Positions 18,932 through 26,622 of a stretch of 64,000 nt of DNA are shown in pieces. The position numbers and the translations under genes were made by a program. The notes beneath the pieces were generated by a model. That model made no database searches. It saw only the letters and a program-made list of their open reading frames with translations, and was not told the DNA's origin. The first letter of the stretch is position 1. Every line of letters starts with the position of its first letter. The stretch comes from Acidimicrobiaceae bacterium (lineage in GTDB: Bacteria > Actinomycetota > Acidimicrobiia > Acidimicrobiales > Aldehydirespiratoraceae), in assembly GCA_028819005.1 (NCBI GenBank), contig JAPPMP010000015.1, positions 48,897 through 112,896 of the forward strand, given 5' to 3'.

Positions 18932-19801
18932 TCAGTTATCGCGGAGTAGTTCGATGAGCGAGCTGGAGTCCCAGCGACCGTGTCCCCGGCGCTGGAGACG
19001 GGCGTAGAACTGGTCTACCAACGCGGTCACCGGCAGGTAGGCCCCGATTCGCTCGGCTTGCGCCAGACAGATGCCGAGATCCTTGCGCATCCAGTCGAGC
19101 GCGAAACCGTGATCGAAGCTGCGCTGCGCCATTGTTCGGCTTCGGTTCTCCATCTGCCAGGAACCGGCAGCTCCTTTGGAAATCGTCTCGACGACTTCGC
19201 CGACGTCGAGTCCGGCTCGAATTGCGAAGTCGAGTCCCTCGCTGAGTCCTTGGATAAGCCCCGCTATACAGATCTGGTTGACCATCTTGGTCAGTTGTCC
19301 CGAACCGGGTCCGCCGAGCAGCCGACAGGCCCGCGAGTAAGCGGCGATCATCGGCGCTGCGCGGTCGAAGTCAGCCCGGTCCCCTCCGCACATCACAGTG
19401 AGCACGCCATTTTCGGCGCCGGCTTGACCTCCGGATATGGGCGCGTCCACAAAACCGACGCCTGCCGCCGCTGCAGCTGCGTGCAGTTCTCGAGCCAGGT
19501 CAGCCGATGCGGTTGTGTGGTCGACCAGGACCGAACCGGGCTTCATCGTCGACAGAACTCCGTTGTCGGCGGTGGTTACGGCCCGCACATCAGGATCGTC
19601 GCCCACGCACAACATCACGAATTCGGCACCCTCCGCGGCCGAAGCAGGTGTCGACGCTCGGGTCCCGCCGTGCTCGTTCACCCAGGCTTCGGCGCGCGCC
19701 TCGGTCCGGTTGTAGACGGTGACGTTGTGTCCTGCACCTTGGAGGTGCCCTGCCATCGGATATCCCATTACGCCCAGCCCGACAAATGCACATTTGCTCA
19801 T
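18932..19801 (-). CDS. NAD(P)-dependent beta-hydroxyacid dehydrogenase (3-hydroxyisobutyrate dehydrogenase-like)
   Basis: The sequence CAFVGLGVMGYPMAGHLQGAGHNVTVYNRT and the rest of the protein match the HIBADH family. Confidence 0.85.
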   Translation of the reverse strand: MSKCAFVGLGVMGYPMAGHLQGAGHNVTVYNRTEARAEAWVNEHGGTRASTPASAAEGAEFVMLCVGDDPDVRAVTTADNGVLSTMKPGSVLVDHTTASADLARELHAAAAAAGVGFVDAPISGGQAGAENGVLTVMCGGDRADFDRAAPMIAAYSRACRLLGGPGSGQLTKMVNQICIAGLIQGLSEGLDFAIRAGLDVGEVVETISKGAAGSWQMENRSRTMAQRSFDHGFALDWMRKDLGICLAQAERIGAYLPVTALVDQFYARLQRRGHGRWDSSSLIELLRDN

Positions 19802-19858
19802 GCGAGCAGACTAGAGCGGCAGGCCCGGAGGCGGGCAGTCTGGGTTAAGGTCCTACCC

Positions 19859-20485
19859 ATGGACGCACCGGTGCGGATCGTTGTCTGGTCGGACTTTCTC
19901 TGACCTTGGTGTTATGTCGGAACAGTTCGTCTCGACCAACTCAAAGAGCGCTTCGGCGACCAGATTGACGTTGCTTGGCGGTCGTTCCTGTTGAGAACCG
20001 AACCCAAGGCAGCATCGCTTGACAAGTTCATCCGATACACGAAGTCTTGGCGACGCCCCGCAGAGATGGAGCCTGCGGTGGTGTTCAACGAGTGGGCTTC
20101 AGGAAACGAACCGCCTTCGTCGAGTTTGCCCGCGCAGGTGGCGGCCAAGTCAATGAAGATTCTTGCTCCCGACAATGTCGACGCTTTTCATCATCGGCTT
20201 CTTCGGGCCTACTTCACCGAGAACCGGACCATCTCGGACTGGTCGGTGTTGGGAGCGGTTGCGAGCGACGTCGGCGTCGACTCAGAAGAGTTTCTGGCCG
20301 CGACTCGACAGCGTGATCGCTCACTCACCGAGGAGGTGATTGCGGACCACAACGAGGCCATCAACAAAGGCATCACGGGAGTGCCTGCGATGATCTTCAA
20401 CGACACGTTCCCGATCCAGGGCGCCCAAGACTTCGACAGTCTGTCGAAGTGGACTGCGCGCCTGCTCGATCGCCAATCCGGGTGA
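19859..20485 (+). CDS. DsbA/FrnE-like thiol oxidoreductase with in-frame TGA (19901-19903) at the first Cys of CxxC; candidate selenoprotein, alternatively a nonsense pseudogene
   Basis: A single frame runs from ATG 19859 to TGA 20485, interrupted only by TGA 19901. Translation is MDAPVRIVVWSDFL[TGA]PWCYVGTVRLDQLKERFGDQIDVAWRSFLL..., and the DsbA-family pattern is W-SD-x-x-C-P-W-C-Y. An imperfect hairpin lies at 19906-19939. Confidence 0.6.
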
Positions 20486-20492
20486 GGGGCCT

Positions 20493-21032
20493 CTACTGGC
20501 CGGCTCTTCGGGTCTGAGCTGCGACCACCGCAATGACTCTCGCCGCGCCGGCGTCGCGGAGCAACCGAGCCAGGTAACGAAGGGTTGTGCCGGTCATTAC
20601 GACATCGTCGACCAGCACCACTCCGTGGCCGGCCACCTGGCCCCCGATCTCATAACCGGCTGCTTGGACAACGGCGAGGCGCTGCTGTAGCGGGGTGTCC
20701 CGCATCCTGGCCATGGTTTCCTGCCGCGTCAGAGCTTCGCACACACTTGCGCCCATGGCGTCGGCGACAGCACTGGCCAACGCGGGGACTAGACGTCGGT
20801 TGCTTCCACTTCCATTGGGCACCGGAACGGCCAATATGTCGGCATGTGGTTCGGCGGCGGCGCCCGACGTTGTTTCCAAGCCGTGGACGAAATCCGACAG
20901 CTGCTCTTGGAGCCTGGTCACCGCCGTTGCCGAGTGGTGATCCTTGGCGGAGGCGATCAGTTCACCCAGAGGGGTTTGCAGGTTGTGGTCCTCGCGCCAA
21001 TAGGCGCCCATGACATGAATGCGCTCAAGCAC
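20493..21032 (-). CDS. phosphoribosyltransferase-domain protein (ComF-like)
   Basis: It carries the PRPP-binding loop GHGVVLVDDVVMTGTTLRYLARLL. Confidence 0.7.
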   Translation of the reverse strand: MLERIHVMGAYWREDHNLQTPLGELIASAKDHHSATAVTRLQEQLSDFVHGLETTSGAAAEPHADILAVPVPNGSGSNRRLVPALASAVADAMGASVCEALTRQETMARMRDTPLQQRLAVVQAAGYEIGGQVAGHGVVLVDDVVMTGTTLRYLARLLRDAGAARVIAVVAAQTRRAGQ

Positions 21033-21115
21033 GACAGCTGACCCTAGTCAGCGAGGCACACGGAGGCCGACACCCGCCGAATGCGAACTTTTGTAAGCAT
21101 TTTTGCGAGATGTAG

Positions 21116-21145
21116 TTGCAAACCCTGGGGGGTGCTAACTATAGT
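21116..21145 (+). promoter_or_regulatory. sigma-70-like promoter (TTGCAA - 18 nt - TATAGT)
   Basis: These near-consensus hexamers lie in an AT-rich gap about 80 bp upstream of GTG 21223. An AGGAG Shine-Dalgarno sequence precedes that start. Confidence 0.45.
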
Positions 21146-21222
21146 ACGCATGTTGAGTTACAAGAGTTATCTATCACTCACAATCCCCTCCCCCAATCCA
21201 CCACTTCCACTCAGGAGTCAAC

Positions 21223-21597
21223 GTGTCTGAAGTTCTCGAACAGGTAAAGTCCGCCGCCTACGCATCGGTCGGAGTCAACCTCCTGGTCACCGACGCAATC
21301 GTCGGACGCGAGGTTCCCGCCCCCGATTTCATCGAGGAGCACGCCACCCTCGCCCGCAAGCACGCCACCAAAGCTCTCACAGACTTCCGTGCCCTCACTG
21401 AACCCCATGCCATCAGGCTCACCGGGCAACTGCCCTCATCGGTCGCCGAGAAACTCACCGACAACCGCAACAAAGCGTGGGAGTTCATCGGTATCGAAGC
21501 ACCGTCTGCCGCCGCCAAGACAACCAAGGCAAACAAGAGGCAGACCGCAAAGGTCAAAAAGCCCGAAGCCGAAGACGGTGAACCGAAGGAATCTTGA
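21223..21597 (+). CDS. small lysine-rich-tail protein, HbhA-like by eye
   Basis: The 124-aa product has the N-terminus ...AAYASVGVNLLVTDAIVG and the C-terminus ...FIGIEAPSAAAKTTKANKRQTAKVKKPE. These resemble the N-terminal and (L)VGIE(L)P-plus-Lys-rich regions of heparin-binding hemagglutinin-type proteins. The resemblance is weak. Confidence 0.45.
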   Translation: MSEVLEQVKSAAYASVGVNLLVTDAIVGREVPAPDFIEEHATLARKHATKALTDFRALTEPHAIRLTGQLPSSVAEKLTDNRNKAWEFIGIEAPSAAAKTTKANKRQTAKVKKPEAEDGEPKES

Positions 21598-21967
21598 TCC
21601 TCTCAAGGATCTCGGCGAGTACATCCGCGAGCAACGCCGCCAGGCCGAGCTCAGCCTTCGCAAGCTGGCCGACCTGGCACAAGTTTCAGACCCCTACCTC
21701 TCCCAAATCGAACGGGGCCTCAAACGTCCTTCTGCGGAGATCCTCCAACAGATAGCCCGAGCGCTGGAGGTGTCAGCAGAATCACTGTACGTACGAGCCG
21801 GCATCCTCGACGAGGATCGAGACAGCAACTTGATCGCCACCATACGCGCTCAGCCGGATCTGACCACCGAACAGAAGCAAGTCCTGATCAGGATCTACCG
21901 TTCCTTCCTCTCAGAGAACGAAGAACCAGACCCTGCCGCGGACGGAGCGGAAGCCGAAGACGCCTGA
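21578..21967 (+). CDS. XRE-family helix-turn-helix transcriptional regulator
   Basis: It carries the HTH_3 signature LGEYIREQRRQAELSLRKLADLAQVSDPYLSQIERGLKRPSAEILQQIARAL. The GTG 21578 start overlaps the end of the upstream gene, and the start choice is uncertain. Confidence 0.75.
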   Translation: MNRRNLDPLKDLGEYIREQRRQAELSLRKLADLAQVSDPYLSQIERGLKRPSAEILQQIARALEVSAESLYVRAGILDEDRDSNLIATIRAQPDLTTEQKQVLIRIYRSFLSENEEPDPAADGAEAEDA

Positions 21968-21971
21968 AGCG

Positions 21972-22379
21972 TCACGACCCGGCGGCGGGCGTCTCGGGGG
22001 TTCCGTAACCTTCGTCCACCACTCCCTCGGTAAAGAAGGCCTCCCACATCAGGCCATGAGGGTCAGTGACCCACGACTTGTGCTGGAGCTGGTAGCCGCA
22101 CACCAGGCCGTCCTGGTCGGCGCGGGGCATTCCGGCCGAGTCGATGTGGTCGCGCATCCCTTCGAGCTCGTCGCTGCTCTCGACTTGGATTCCGTAATGC
22201 GCTGAGCCCGGTGGGCCGTCGCCGCGGGTGTCGAGCGAGAAGTTGACTCGGGGATCCTCGAGCATCCATTTGGCATAGTCGTCACGCCTCAGCACGGGCT
22301 CGACCCCGAACAATCGGGTGTAGAACTCGACACTCTCGTCGAGGTCGGCCACCTGGAGCCCAATGTGCATGCGCCGCAT
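21972..22379 (-). CDS. VOC (glyoxalase/bleomycin resistance/CadI-like) family protein
   Basis: The sequence begins MRRMHIGLQVADLDESVEFYTRLFG. A GGAGGTG Shine-Dalgarno sequence lies 5 nt upstream of ATG 22379. Confidence 0.8.
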   Translation of the reverse strand: MRRMHIGLQVADLDESVEFYTRLFGVEPVLRRDDYAKWMLEDPRVNFSLDTRGDGPPGSAHYGIQVESSDELEGMRDHIDSAGMPRADQDGLVCGYQLQHKSWVTDPHGLMWEAFFTEGVVDEGYGTPETPAAGS

Positions 22380-22440
22380 CCGTACACCTCCTGTCGAGTC
22401 GGCTGCCACGCCCTGCGGCACAGCGGTCTGCGGAACGAGG

Positions 22441-23826
22441 CTAGCCGCGCTTCGCCAGCGCTTCAGAATAAGCGGCGAGGGTGCGTTCCCGGGCCTCGGC
22501 GTGGTCGACGATCGGTGCGGGATAGTCGACGCCCAGCACCACGCCCGCGGCCGACAACTCCAGCGGAGTCGCCTCCCAGGGAGCATGGACGTCGCGGTCC
22601 GACAGCCCGGCCAGTTCCGGCACCAGGCTGCGCAGGTAGCCGCCTTGGGAGTCGAAGCGCCTGCTCTGCGCTACTGGGTTGAAGATGCGGAAGTAGGGGG
22701 CGGCGTCGGGTCCGGTTCCAGCCACCCACTGCCAGTTGCCGGCGTTCTGGGCGATGTCGCCGTCGCGCAGCATGCGTCGGAACCAGCGCTCACCTCTGCG
22801 CCAGTCGATCAGCAGGTCCTTCACCAGGAACGAGGCAGCGATCATCCGCAGGCGGTTGTGCATCCGCCCGGTGGCTGCGAGCCCGCGCATCGCCGCGTCG
22901 ACGATCGGGTAGCCGGTCATGCCATCGCGCCACGCGGCGAAGTCGTCGTCGGCTTGCGGCCCGGTCGCCCAGTCGATTCGGTCGTATTCGGGGCGCAGGT
23001 TCCTTCGGTCGATGTCGGGGTGCTCCGCGGTCAGATGCGTGTACCAGTCCCGCCAGGCGAGCTGGCGCACGAAGCCTTGGCGGCCCGGCGTGGCGTCTCC
23101 CACCCTCTCCACTGCATGACGGGGTGAGAGGAGCCCGAAGTGCAGCGCCTCGGAGATCCCCGAGGTTCCTTCGACCGCGGGCAGGTCGCGGTCGTCGTTG
23201 TAACGATCTACCCGCGCCAACCACTCGTCGAGCCGGTCGAGCGCTTCGTGCTCGCTCCAAGCGCGCTGCGACGCGTCCGCGAGCACGTCGTCGATCCCCA
23301 GTCCGCCGGGGGATTTGGAGATCTTGGCCCGGCCGGGCTGAGCAGCAGGTCTGAGCGGGAGCTGCGACCAGCGCCGGTAGAAGGGCGTGAAGACTCTCGA
23401 CAGCGTTCCCGCCCTGGTGAGCACCGCACCGGGCGGTTGCACGACTGTCCCCCAGTGCGGGACCAGCGGAACTCCGATCGCTTCGAGAGTCTCGCCGACC
23501 GTGCTGTCCCGAGCCGCGGACCAGCGGGTGGCGTCGGCGTTGACCACCACCTTGCAGGCGCCGGTCTCGACGGCGACGCGGGCCACCGCCTCGGCCGGAT
23601 CGCCCTCGACCGCCCAGAGCGCGCCCCCGGCGTGTCGGAGCGACTGGTCGAGTCCGCGCAGCGCGGCCAAGTATGCCTCACGGCGCCACGGCCCGGCGGC
23701 CGACAGCAGGGCCGGTTCGAGCACCACCAGCGCAACCGCCCCATCGGCCGCGCTCGCCTCCGCCCACGCCGGATTGTCGTGAAGCCGCAGATCGCGCCGG
23801 AACCAAGCCACCACCACAGACCTCAT
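22441..23826 (-). CDS. phr: deoxyribodipyrimidine photolyase (cryptochrome/photolyase family)
   Basis: The N-terminus reads VVVAWFRRDLRLHDNPAW. The FAD-binding C-domain reads ...DGDIAQNAGNWQWVAGTGPDAAPYFRIFNP. The internal ATG 23826 is chosen over ORF start 23901. Confidence 0.9.
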   Translation of the reverse strand: MRSVVVAWFRRDLRLHDNPAWAEASAADGAVALVVLEPALLSAAGPWRREAYLAALRGLDQSLRHAGGALWAVEGDPAEAVARVAVETGACKVVVNADATRWSAARDSTVGETLEAIGVPLVPHWGTVVQPPGAVLTRAGTLSRVFTPFYRRWSQLPLRPAAQPGRAKISKSPGGLGIDDVLADASQRAWSEHEALDRLDEWLARVDRYNDDRDLPAVEGTSGISEALHFGLLSPRHAVERVGDATPGRQGFVRQLAWRDWYTHLTAEHPDIDRRNLRPEYDRIDWATGPQADDDFAAWRDGMTGYPIVDAAMRGLAATGRMHNRLRMIAASFLVKDLLIDWRRGERWFRRMLRDGDIAQNAGNWQWVAGTGPDAAPYFRIFNPVAQSRRFDSQGGYLRSLVPELAGLSDRDVHAPWEATPLELSAAGVVLGVDYPAPIVDHAEARERTLAAYSEALAKRG

Positions 23827-24043
23827 ACCGAGCGAAGCTACCCCGAAGCGAGGCCCCAAGGTCCAACGAATCCCTCTGAGAATGAGTCCAACCGCACACA
23901 CAGCTTGTCACGGCGGCTCAGGGCAACAGCCCACTCGCCGACGCGTTCCGGCGGGGCGGGTTGGGGGGCGACTACGCTCTCGGGGATGCAACCGAGTCCT
24001 GTCCGGCGCTCGACCCTCTGAGCGGTCGGTGGCCGGTCGACCG

Positions 24044-24862
24044 ATGAACCGGGGAGCGCCCGAACTGCTGTTCATGTGCGGCGCTGTCTCGCAGTACCTG
24101 GGGGCAGTCGTGGCTGTGGGCCTGTTCGAGGAGTTGTCCCCCGGCGCGACCGGCTGGCTGCGGGTGCTGGGGGCCGCCGCGATAATCGTGGTGCTGAGGC
24201 GCACTTGGCGACGGCGCTTCGACCGATCCACGCTGTTCGACGCGGCCAAGTTCGGGGTGGCGCTGGCAGCGATGAATCTGGCGTTCTACTTGGCGATCGA
24301 CGAATTGCCGCTGGGCAACGCCGTGGCGATCGAGTTTCTCGGTCCACTGGCGGTGGCCGCTTTCGGCACGCGAACCCTGCGCTCCGGCGGAACGCTGATC
24401 TTGGCCGTGATGGGCGTGGTGATACTGGCCGGCGTGGAAGCCGAGGGCACGGTCCGGGGAGTGAGCTTCGCCCTGCTTGCCGCGGTGTTCTGGGCGATGT
24501 ACATCGTGCTCGGCCAGCGCGTGGCACGCAGCCCCGCCGCCATCGACGGCCTGGGTCTCGGGATGCTGGCAGGCGCGATAGCGATCAGCCCATTCGGAGT
24601 GCCTGATGTGACTGCCGCGCTGGGAACACCCTGGCTGTTGGCTCTCGGACTGGCCACCGGCCTGTTGTCGAACGTGATCCCGTACGGCATAGACCAGCTC
24701 GTCATGCAACAGGTCGACCAGCGGCGGTTCGCCCTGCTGCAAGCGCTATTGCCGGTGACTGCCACCCTGATCGGCCTGATCTTCCTGGTGCAAGTGCCGA
24801 GCCTGCGCGACCTGACCGGCATCACCCTGGTGATCGTCTCCATTACTTTGAGCAGATCCTGA
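24044..24862 (+). CDS. EamA/DMT-family transporter (RhtA-like)
   Basis: The product is multi-TM and hydrophobic with the two-EamA-repeat layout. The start at ATG 24044 is chosen because upstream ORF residues are Arg/Gly-rich non-membrane sequence. Confidence 0.75.
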   Translation: MNRGAPELLFMCGAVSQYLGAVVAVGLFEELSPGATGWLRVLGAAAIIVVLRRTWRRRFDRSTLFDAAKFGVALAAMNLAFYLAIDELPLGNAVAIEFLGPLAVAAFGTRTLRSGGTLILAVMGVVILAGVEAEGTVRGVSFALLAAVFWAMYIVLGQRVARSPAAIDGLGLGMLAGAIAISPFGVPDVTAALGTPWLLALGLATGLLSNVIPYGIDQLVMQQVDQRRFALLQALLPVTATLIGLIFLVQVPSLRDLTGITLVIVSITLSRS

Positions 24863-24903
24863 AGTCGTCGGGCCGGCAACGGTCGGCGAATACCTAGAGC
24901 GCG

Positions 24904-25033
24904 CGCAAATAGGCAGGCCTTCGAGTTGTAGCCCGTTGCTCCCCGCTCTTGGTTCGCTTCGCTCACCGGGCCGCTCGGGCCGCGGCCCCGCAGATCAAGC
25001 CGTTCGCACACCGAAATCCTCTGCCTATTTGCG
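24904..25033. repeat. 13-bp perfect inverted repeat flanking 104 bp, plus a third GCGCAAAT copy
   Basis: CGCAAATAGGCAG (24904-24916) and CTGCCTATTTGCG (25021-25033) form the inverted repeat. A third copy, TGCGCAAATCC, lies at about 25046. CTAGA flanks both sides. Confidence 0.8.
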
Positions 25034-25091
25034 TGCCCTCCTAGAATGCGCAAATCCGAAGCAACAGGAATCTGCGGTGAGGGAGACAGAC

Positions 25092-26519
25092 GTGAACACG
25101 GGATTGTTGATTGGCGGAAAGCGAGTTGAGGGCGCTGAAGGCGAACGGATCGCGGTGCTCAACCCCGCCACCGGTGAGCCGATCACCGATATTGCGGCCG
25201 GAACACCGAAAGACGCCTCCCGCGCTGTGGATGCAGCAGCCGCGGCTCAGCGGGGCTGGGCCGAAACGGCGCCGCGGGTCCGCTCAGAGATCTTGCGGGC
25301 TGCGTGGCAGACGATGGTGGACCACACCGAGGAACTGGCTGGACTGATCGTTTCAGAACACGGCAAACCCCTCGCGGACGCCAAGGGCGAGGTCGCCTAC
25401 GCCGCGGAGTTCTTCAGATGGAACGCTGAGGAGACCGTGCGCATTGCTGGTTCGCTCGGCACGTCTCCGAGCGGCGACAAGAGAATAATCGTGCATCACC
25501 CTCCGATGGGAGTAGTGGTCATGGTGACGCCGTGGAACTTCCCGGCTGCCATGATCACCCGCAAGCTGGCTCCGGCCCTCGGTGCGGGCAACGCAGTGGT
25601 CATCAAACCTCCACGCGAGACGCCGCTCACCGCGCTGCGCATCGGCGAACTCCTCGAGGATGTGGGCCTGCCACCGGGGTTGGTCAACATCGTGGCGACT
25701 TCTGGCTCGGGCGCGTGGTTCGACGCGGCAGTAGACAATGCCCACACCCGCATGGTCTCTTTCACTGGTTCCACCGAGGTGGGCAGGGTCCTGCTGCGCC
25801 GTTGCGCGGATCGTGTGTTGAAGACGGTGATGGAACTCGGAGGCAATGCTCCCTTCATCGTGTTCAACGACGCCGATCTTCCCTCAGCCGTTGAAGGCGC
25901 CATGGTCGCCAAAATGAGGCACTCGGCGGAGACCTGCACTGCGGCAAACCGATTCTACGCAGAGTCCGGCATAGCCCCGGAGTTCACTGCTGCACTCGCT
26001 GAAGCCATGGGCGCCGTCAAAGTCGGCGACGGATTCGACGAGTCAGTCACCTGCGGGCCCATGATCAACGCGAGGGCCATCGAAGACATCGACGGGTTGG
26101 TGAGGGGAGCGGTCGCGGCAGGCGCCGACGCGGTGATCGGGGGTGCACCGGTCGAGGGTCCCGGTTTCTTCTACCAGCCGACCGTTCTGGCACAGGTTGA
26201 TCATGGATCCCCGATCGCCCGCGAGGAGATCTTCGGGCCGGTCGCCCCGATCATCCCCTTCGACGACGCCGACGCAATGATCGATCAGGCCAACGACACC
26301 GAGATGGGACTGACCGGCTACGTCTACACACAAGACTTGGCCCGCGGGCTTCGAGTCAGCGAACGCATCCACGCCGGAATGATCGGCCTGAATCGTGGCG
26401 CTGTGTCCGATCCCGCCGCGCCTTTCGGGGGCATGAAACAGTCAGGTCTGGGCCGCGAGGGCGCCGGCGAGGGGATCTACGAGTTCTGCGAGACCCAGTA
26501 CATCGCAACGAACTGGTGA
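25092..26519 (+). CDS. gabD: NAD(P)-dependent succinate-semialdehyde dehydrogenase (aldehyde dehydrogenase family)
   Basis: The sequence shows LIGGKRVEG...LNPATGE, FRWNAEE, ELGGNAP and a catalytic Cys region SAETCTAANRFY. GTG 25092 is preceded by GAGGGAG. Confidence 0.85.
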   Translation: MNTGLLIGGKRVEGAEGERIAVLNPATGEPITDIAAGTPKDASRAVDAAAAAQRGWAETAPRVRSEILRAAWQTMVDHTEELAGLIVSEHGKPLADAKGEVAYAAEFFRWNAEETVRIAGSLGTSPSGDKRIIVHHPPMGVVVMVTPWNFPAAMITRKLAPALGAGNAVVIKPPRETPLTALRIGELLEDVGLPPGLVNIVATSGSGAWFDAAVDNAHTRMVSFTGSTEVGRVLLRRCADRVLKTVMELGGNAPFIVFNDADLPSAVEGAMVAKMRHSAETCTAANRFYAESGIAPEFTAALAEAMGAVKVGDGFDESVTCGPMINARAIEDIDGLVRGAVAAGADAVIGGAPVEGPGFFYQPTVLAQVDHGSPIAREEIFGPVAPIIPFDDADAMIDQANDTEMGLTGYVYTQDLARGLRVSERIHAGMIGLNRGAVSDPAAPFGGMKQSGLGREGAGEGIYEFCETQYIATNW

Positions 26520-26622
26520 CTCGGTCGGATCGACGATCCCGGTCCGCCTGCCATAGAAGCGCGCCGAGCGATATATCATGCAACCTTCAGCAAGCCAGAG
26601 ACTCAGAGATGTGGAGCCTTCG

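Noticed and set aside
19991-20485. Calling the DsbA-like gene as the 164-aa ORF starting at TTG 19991.
   Set aside because: That model removes the first beta-strand and the whole CxxC active site. Yet the 14 codons before and 29 codons after the TGA are clearly family-typical and in the same frame. A read-through (Sec) or recent nonsense model explains the sequence better.
23882-24043. N-terminal extensions given by the ORF track for several genes: 23882 EamA, 24936 gabD, 26578 SBP, 44370 aconitase, 50705 carboxyltransferase, 54942-55868 SDR, 57465 SnoaL, 62318 SDR, 22586 VOC and 23901 photolyase.
   Set aside because: The extensions are Arg/Pro/Gly-rich non-family sequence. They often overlap neighbouring genes or a tRNA. 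Internal starts coincide with the start of family similarity and, in several cases, with a visible Shine-Dalgarno sequence.
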